A DNA stretch of 29,317 bases, taken from a virus. Its lineage: Duplodnaviria; Caudoviricetes. The DNA lies in IMG/VR virus record IMGVR_UViG_3300032335_000427, positions 1-29,317 of that record, one strand, 5' to 3'. Below, in pieces: positions 24,304 through 29,317 of this stretch; position 1 is the stretch's first letter, and every line of letters starts with the position of its first letter. The notes beneath the pieces are model-generated. The model did not search any database. It was given only the letters and a program-made list of their open reading frames with translations, and had not been told where the DNA came from. A program made the translations under genes and the position numbers.

Positions 24304-24332
24304 TTTATTTCTTGATAAGCCTATGCTATAAT
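24304..24332 (+). promoter_or_regulatory. Extended -10 sigma70 promoter for internal virion protein genes
   Basis: TGCTATAAT (24324-24332) is a perfect extended -10, with TTTATT 17 nt upstream of the hexamer. Overlaps the inverted repeat 24300-24323. Confidence 0.75.
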
Positions 24333-24352
24333 ACGCGCTAGAAGGTCGACAT

Positions 24353-26440
24353 ATGTCCGGAACCCTGTCCACCCGCGTATACACGCCCCCTGCCGCCGGC
24401 TCCTTTGATCCTTATACCATTGGTATTTCGGGCGGCATTCCTGCGTTCTTCGGCTACCGACAGGGCGACCCCCGCGCAGTCATAGCAGCCGAGACCACTA
24501 CCACGGCAGGCGGTGGCGGGGAAGGCGATGTTCGCCTACCTCCAGTCACATTTGTTCCTAACCCGCCCGGCGCCACCACCATCAGCGGGCCTGCCAGCGG
24601 CTACTATGTCCAGAACCCGGACGCGGTACCCTTCTCGCCTAGCACCGGCAGCATTATGCGGGACCTCAGTAATATCGCTGAAATCCCCGGTCTTGCCACG
24701 ACCATGCTCAGTCTGCTGTCGGGCCCCGGCGCCATTCCCAGCATCATGGCCGGCACCGCCCTGTCGTCTCTCAGCAGCAGCCCCCGCGTTACTGGCATCA
24801 CAGGTGGCCTCGGCGACCTGCTTGGCGATCTGGGTCGTACCCCTGAAGAACGTGCTGCCCGCGCCGAAGTGTCGAAGGATTTCGACGCAATGGCAAAGCG
24901 CGACATGGAAGCTCGCATGGGCATCACCCGCGAGGACCTTCCGGCGCCCTCCATTTCTTTGGGCGAACTCAGCAACATCGCCGCAACCCTCGCCGAGCCC
25001 GCAGCGCCGGCCGCCATTTCCGTGCCCGGCCCTGAAGCTGACATTGGCGCCTTCGGCCTTGAAAGCGACGTAACCCCCGGCGCCCCGCCCTCGGCCCCCG
25101 CTGCCCCCTCCGAGCCTGCTGCCCCTGCCGAACCCTCGGCCCCCGCTGCCCCTTCCGCTCCTGCTGCCGCTCCGGCTGTTGACACTCAAGCTATTTCTGC
25201 CGCCCTTGGCTCTCTGGCGCAAAACGCTGCCGCCCTTGACTCAATGCTTTCCAATCCGACTGCTCTCGGCGGTTTGTTTGGCGTGCCCGGAGAAATTGGC
25301 GGGGTCTTCGGTGCCAGCCTCGACAGCGGCCCCGGTCCGGGCCAACCCGGAGGTCCCGGCGCTCACGGCGGCACACCTGATGGCCTCGGCGAAGGCTGGG
25401 GTGACGTTGACTTCGGAGGTATTGCTGACGCCCAAGCGGCTGCCAATGCTCAGGCTGCACAAGATGCCGCAAATGCTGCCGCCGCCCAAGCAGACGCTGA
25501 CGCACAAGCTGCCGATGCCGATGCCGCTGCCGCAAGTGAAGCCGCTGCCAGCGAAAGTGCTGGTCCCGGCCCCGGCGGCGATGATAGTGGCGGCGGAGAT
25601 AGCGACGGGGGTGGCGGTGGAGACAGCGGGGGCGGCGATGGCTATTATGCTGGCGGCCTCGTTAACTTCGAAGAAGGCGGCCTCGTCGACATTCCAGAAG
25701 ATGAGTCGTTCCTTACAGCGCGAGATTATCTGCGTGAACTGAACCGCGCCGATCTTGAAAGGCTGCCGGCGCTTTCCGCCTTCACCAATTATGATCGGAG
25801 GCGCGGCACCACTGTCGTACCTTATGGCGTGAATGCCCGCGTCAACGTGCCCATGACGCGCGAAGGCGACATGCTTGACGTGGGCGGCGGCTATCAGGGC
25901 GCGGCTGTCAGCGGACGTGGCTTCCGCCAGAACCGCAACATGCTCCGCGAGGCAGGCGTCGGCTACACTTCGCCGGACGGCGGCCGACTGTCGCTCGACT
26001 ACTACGACCGCATGGCCAACGACATGGGTGACGGCGAACCGACTGGCGCTCTGCACCAAGACGTGCGCAACCCGTCCGACGCCGAAATGATGGGCCGCCC
26101 TGTTCCCTCTCGTGGTGTTCGCCTTGGCTATCGGCGCGAGTTTGCGCAGGGGGGCGTCGTCCAGCTTGAAGGCGGCGGCAAGGTGGCGATTGGTCCCGGC
26201 GGCGGCCTTGACGACCTGATCCCCACCTCCATCAACGGTCGCCGGGCTGCTGCCCTGTCGGACGGCGAGTTCGTCATTCCGGCTGACGTCGTATCTATGA
26301 TGGGTGACGGTTCCTCCAATGCGGGCGCTCGCCGCCTCTATGACATGGTAAAGCAGATTCGCCAAGATAAGACCGGCACCTCCAAGCAAGCAGGTCCGCT
26401 GCCCGTCGGCGAAATTCTTAAAAGGAGTATCGGCCGATGA
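24353..26440 (+). CDS. Putative internal virion/ejection protein with low-complexity linkers and GG motifs
   Basis: 695 aa with Pro/Ala and Gly/Asp tracts, four aromatic/hydrophobic-x-x-GG-x-V motifs, and C-terminal GPGGGLDD.IP...LSDGEFVIPADVV...GDGSS.AGA..L domain. Confidence 0.75.
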   Translation: MSGTLSTRVYTPPAAGSFDPYTIGISGGIPAFFGYRQGDPRAVIAAETTTTAGGGGEGDVRLPPVTFVPNPPGATTISGPASGYYVQNPDAVPFSPSTGSIMRDLSNIAEIPGLATTMLSLLSGPGAIPSIMAGTALSSLSSSPRVTGITGGLGDLLGDLGRTPEERAARAEVSKDFDAMAKRDMEARMGITREDLPAPSISLGELSNIAATLAEPAAPAAISVPGPEADIGAFGLESDVTPGAPPSAPAAPSEPAAPAEPSAPAAPSAPAAAPAVDTQAISAALGSLAQNAAALDSMLSNPTALGGLFGVPGEIGGVFGASLDSGPGPGQPGGPGAHGGTPDGLGEGWGDVDFGGIADAQAAANAQAAQDAANAAAAQADADAQAADADAAAASEAAASESAGPGPGGDDSGGGDSDGGGGGDSGGGDGYYAGGLVNFEEGGLVDIPEDESFLTARDYLRELNRADLERLPALSAFTNYDRRRGTTVVPYGVNARVNVPMTREGDMLDVGGGYQGAAVSGRGFRQNRNMLREAGVGYTSPDGGRLSLDYYDRMANDMGDGEPTGALHQDVRNPSDAEMMGRPVPSRGVRLGYRREFAQGGVVQLEGGGKVAIGPGGGLDDLIPTSINGRRAAALSDGEFVIPADVVSMMGDGSSNAGARRLYDMVKQIRQDKTGTSKQAGPLPVGEILKRSIGR
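25081..25177 (+). repeat. Pro/Ala/Ser-rich short coding tandem repeat
   Basis: APPSAPAAPSEPAAPAEPSAPAAPSAPAAAPA, with repeated ccctcggcccccgctgcccc. Confidence 0.7.
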
Positions 26441-27378
26441 GCATTTTCGGCGACATCTTTGGCACCGGCCGCCAAACTACCACCACCGGCACCACTCCGC
26501 AAGTCCCCGCCGACGTCGAATCCGCGCGCAAGGATCTGCTGGGTCGCGCCCAGACCCTTGCTGCCGAGCCCTTTCCTCGCTACAACCAGCCCCGCGTCGC
26601 AGGCTTCACGCCTGACCAGCTTGCCGCCTTCGAAACTACCCGTAACGTCGCAGGTGCTGCTGGCGCCCTTGCGCCCCTGACGCCGGAACTTACCCGCGAA
26701 GGCATCGCCGCTGCCCGTGGTCTGGCGCAGCGCCTGCCCGATGTCAACATCCAAGAGTACATGTCGCCCTACCTACAGGGCGTCCTCGATCCTGCGATCC
26801 GCGACATCGAAGAGCGTGCCGAACGCACCCGCCTTCAGTTGGGCCAGCGTGCCGCGCAGACTGGCTCCTTTGGCGGCTCCCGCCAAGCCATCGCAGAGTC
26901 CGAACTTGAGCGCGGCACCCAGCGCAACATCGGCGAAGAGTCCGCTCGTCAGCGTGCTGCCGCCTACAACCAGGCCCTTGCGCAGTTCCGGGCCGATCAG
27001 GAGCGTATCCCCCAGCTATACTCGGGCGCTCTCAGCCAGCTTGGCACGGGCCTGACCCAGACCGCCGGTCGCCTTGGCGTCGAAGCCCAGCCCCTCTTGA
27101 ACATTGGCGGCATGCAGCAGGCTCTCGGCCAGCAGAACCTCGATGTGCTTCGCCGTGCCTTCGAAGAGGAGCGCGACTTCCCGCTTCGCGGCATCGAAGT
27201 CCTGCGCGGCGCCCTCGGCATCACGCCCTCGTCCCTCGGCGTCGGCGAAAACAGGCAGGTATCGCAGCCCGGTCCGAACGTCCTCGGCTCCGTCATCGGC
27301 GGCCTCACGCAGGTGCCGGGTGCTTTCAAGGGCGCGTCGACGCTTTACAACTTCTTTACCAATCCCTTCGGCACCTAA
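26437..27378 (+). CDS. Putative DNA transfer/ejection (pilot) protein
   Basis: 313 aa, Q/A/G-rich helical, with RVA.F.P.Q..A, YMSPY...V.D and A...GSFGGSRQ.I...EL. SD AGGAG. Confidence 0.7.
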   Translation: MSIFGDIFGTGRQTTTTGTTPQVPADVESARKDLLGRAQTLAAEPFPRYNQPRVAGFTPDQLAAFETTRNVAGAAGALAPLTPELTREGIAAARGLAQRLPDVNIQEYMSPYLQGVLDPAIRDIEERAERTRLQLGQRAAQTGSFGGSRQAIAESELERGTQRNIGEESARQRAAAYNQALAQFRADQERIPQLYSGALSQLGTGLTQTAGRLGVEAQPLLNIGGMQQALGQQNLDVLRRAFEEERDFPLRGIEVLRGALGITPSSLGVGENRQVSQPGPNVLGSVIGGLTQVPGAFKGASTLYNFFTNPFGT

Positions 27379-27396
27379 TCGCGGTAGGACCCTCTC

Positions 27397-28377
27397 ATGG
27401 TTGATTTCCCCGAATACTATGAGCAGATGCGGCCGAGCCTTGCGCCTCCGGCTACACCTGCGCCGGTAGCCCCGGCCCAGCCTATTACGCCTCGCCCGCC
27501 GCTCACTGAAGCAGAACTGCGGGCTCTTTACCTCGATCCCAACCGCAGCGATCCGCCGATTGTTGGCCCGCCTCGCCCGCCCGCCCCTCGCCCAGCGGCC
27601 CGCACCGAAGAGACGCCCGAGACTACTAACGCTCTGGAGCAGTTCCAAGCCGCATACCGCGAACGCCTTGCCGGCGGCCAGCCCCAAGGCCAGCTTTCGG
27701 TTCTCGACATGCTGCGCAAGCGCATGGCCCGCGACATGGAAGGTGAAGCTCTCCAGCGCGTCGGTGAGTTCGGCGCTGGCATGCTCGCTTCGGGCAGCCC
27801 CAACTTCTTCACGATGCTGGGTGCCGGTTCCCGCGCTGCCCGTGAAGGCGATGTATCCCGCATGGACCAGCTTCGCCGCCTCGCCGACACCGAACGCCAG
27901 CAGCAGGAACTTGAGACGCGGCAGGCAGCCCAGCGCGCCGAAGAGGAATACCGTCGCCAGAGCTTGACGCTTCGCGAAAGAGAGATTGCACAAGGCAACC
28001 GTCCGCAGTATACTGTGGTTGGCCAAGATGCCAGAGGCAATGCAGTTGTCGTGGATATGCGCAATCCGACCCAGCGTCAAGTTCTTGAGGGCGTAACGCC
28101 CGCACAAGTCGCTGCTCAAAATATCCGGTCGGATCGGACAACCCTCATTCGCGCAACTGCGGCCGGGGAGCAAGCTGTGCGAGACGAAAACAGGCGGCGC
28201 CAAGAGCGCGGAGAAAATGCTCTTAATGCGTCAGAGGCCGAACAAACTTTCCAGAATGCCTTTGAGCGTGTTCGCCGCTTCGGGCAACTAGATGCTGGCG
28301 CTGGAGCAGGTGCCCCTACTACATCTGGTGGTGCGCAGCCGAGCCAGACGCTTCAGTATCCGCGCCCGCAGCAGTAA
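27397..28377 (+). CDS. Putative internal virion/ejection protein
   Basis: 326 aa with Pro-rich N-terminus, amphipathic L...GAGMLA segment and charged coiled coil. Lies within the ejection-protein cluster. Confidence 0.7.
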   Translation: MVDFPEYYEQMRPSLAPPATPAPVAPAQPITPRPPLTEAELRALYLDPNRSDPPIVGPPRPPAPRPAARTEETPETTNALEQFQAAYRERLAGGQPQGQLSVLDMLRKRMARDMEGEALQRVGEFGAGMLASGSPNFFTMLGAGSRAAREGDVSRMDQLRRLADTERQQQELETRQAAQRAEEEYRRQSLTLREREIAQGNRPQYTVVGQDARGNAVVVDMRNPTQRQVLEGVTPAQVAAQNIRSDRTTLIRATAAGEQAVRDENRRRQERGENALNASEAEQTFQNAFERVRRFGQLDAGAGAGAPTTSGGAQPSQTLQYPRPQQ

Positions 28378-28380
28378 ACA

Positions 28381-29317
28381 ATGGCCAACGGGATTTTCGA
28401 CTTCACTCTTCCCGACGGACGTGTTATCCGTGTGGAGGGCGCTCCCTCCCAAGAGGCAGCATATGCTTTCATGGATACGCAGTGGCCGACGCTGCGCCGC
28501 CAGATGCCCATCGAAGGCTTCGGCGAAAGCTTTGGCCAGCAGTTCCGTGGTCAGTTCGGCTCGATTCCCGGCGCCGGCCAGGCTGCCGCTGCTGCTGTCG
28601 GTTCGCCCGAAACTGCCGCTGCCCTTGGTCGTGTCCGCGAGTTCGTAGCGCCCGGCGATCAAAACGTCCGCACTCGCGCCCCTGAACTCCGCGACATTGT
28701 GCGCGATCCCATCTCTGCCCTGTCGGCATACGCGGGTCAAGCCGCAGGCGCTATTGTCGGTGGCGCAGCAGCACCCCTCGCAGGCGCTGGTATCGGCTTT
28801 GCAGTCGGCGGTCCAGGTGGCGCTGCTACCGGCGCAACTGCCGGCTTGATTGGCGGCTCCGTTCTCGGCAGCGTCGACGAACTGTATCAGGGCCTTGTTG
28901 CAGAAGGCGTTGACCCGCAGCGCGCTGGCGTCCTCGCTACAACTGCCGGCTCTGCTATCGGCGCCTTGGAAGGTGCGGCCCTCGGCCCCGTCCTCAAGCG
29001 CATCATGGGCGGCCAAGTCAGCGATGCCGTCATCGACCGGGTTGCTGCGCGTCTCGTCGGCGGGCGTGCTGGCGGCATTCGTCAGACTGCGGCTCTCGGC
29101 GCTGGCGGTGAAATGGCAGGCGAAACCGCACGCCAAGGTGTCATCGCAGCGCAGACCGGCAACCTTGATTTGGCCGAACGTGCAGAGCGCGTCGTCGAGT
29201 CCGGCCTTGTCGGCGGCATTGCGGGTGGCGGCGTTGGCACTGGTCTCCGCATTGCTGGCCGCGCAGGCCCGGCCCCCGGCGCAACTGCCTCTACTGCCGA
29301 GCAAGAAGCTGCTGCCC
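28381..29317 (+). CDS. Large internal virion protein, 5' part only (runs off window; not in supplied ORF track)
   Basis: ATG 28381 opens MANGIFDFTLPDGRVIRVEGAP..., and the frame remains open to the window end. Gly/Ala-rich hydrophobic segments (GAIVGGAAAPLAGAGIGFAVGGPGGAATGATAGLIGG) are typical of membrane-spanning ejection proteins. Confidence 0.8.
   Translation, partial: MANGIFDFTLPDGRVIRVEGAPSQEAAYAFMDTQWPTLRRQMPIEGFGESFGQQFRGQFGSIPGAGQAAAAAVGSPETAAALGRVREFVAPGDQNVRTRAPELRDIVRDPISALSAYAGQAAGAIVGGAAAPLAGAGIGFAVGGPGGAATGATAGLIGGSVLGSVDELYQGLVAEGVDPQRAGVLATTAGSAIGALEGAALGPVLKRIMGGQVSDAVIDRVAARLVGGRAGGIRQTAALGAGGEMAGETARQGVIAAQTGNLDLAERAERVVESGLVGGIAGGGVGTGLRIAGRAGPAPGATASTAEQEAAA

Larger units (their letters stand above)
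1..29317 (+). mobile_element. Tailed dsDNA bacteriophage genome segment (podovirus-like morphogenesis module plus nucleotide metabolism)
   Basis: Co-oriented, tightly packed genes for terminase, portal, scaffold, major capsid, adaptor/nozzle, fibres and internal virion proteins. No host housekeeping genes, integrase, tail tube/sheath or long tape-measure gene are visible in the window. Confidence 0.97.

Noticed and set aside
1-29317. tRNA/rRNA genes, integrase or att sites
   Set aside because: Intergenic gaps are short and show no cloverleaf/T-loop pattern. No integrase is present, so lifestyle cannot be determined from this window.

Overview
The whole window is a high-GC segment of a tailed dsDNA bacteriophage, and all credible genes are on the + strand. 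The gene set suggests a short-tailed, podovirus-like virion. The order is: class II (B12-dependent) ribonucleotide reductase nrdJ with an overlapping DUF1289-like Cys protein; two small acidic proteins; a ~6 kb receptor-binding/fibre cluster; a P-loop ATPase/helicase; terS; terL (split by a 1-nt frameshift); portal; GroES-like co-chaperonin; scaffold; capsid and decoration proteins; adaptor and nozzle proteins; and internal virion/ejection proteins, the last truncated by the window end. The fibre cluster contains two paralogous 'KISQL...STWTxV' fibres flanking three adhesin+chaperone cassettes. Six sigma70-type promoters are readable, several embedded in RNA hairpins. The most notable observations are: (i) a possibly combinatorial fibre/adhesin system; (ii) a putative ejection polyprotein in which paired aromatic/hydrophobic-x-x-GG motifs flank an outer-membrane beta-barrel-like module; (iii) promoters whose -10/+1 region forms the anti-Shine-Dalgarno arm of a hairpin; and (iv) an extremely acidic DNA-mimic candidate. 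Family assignments are from motif recognition only; no database searches were run.
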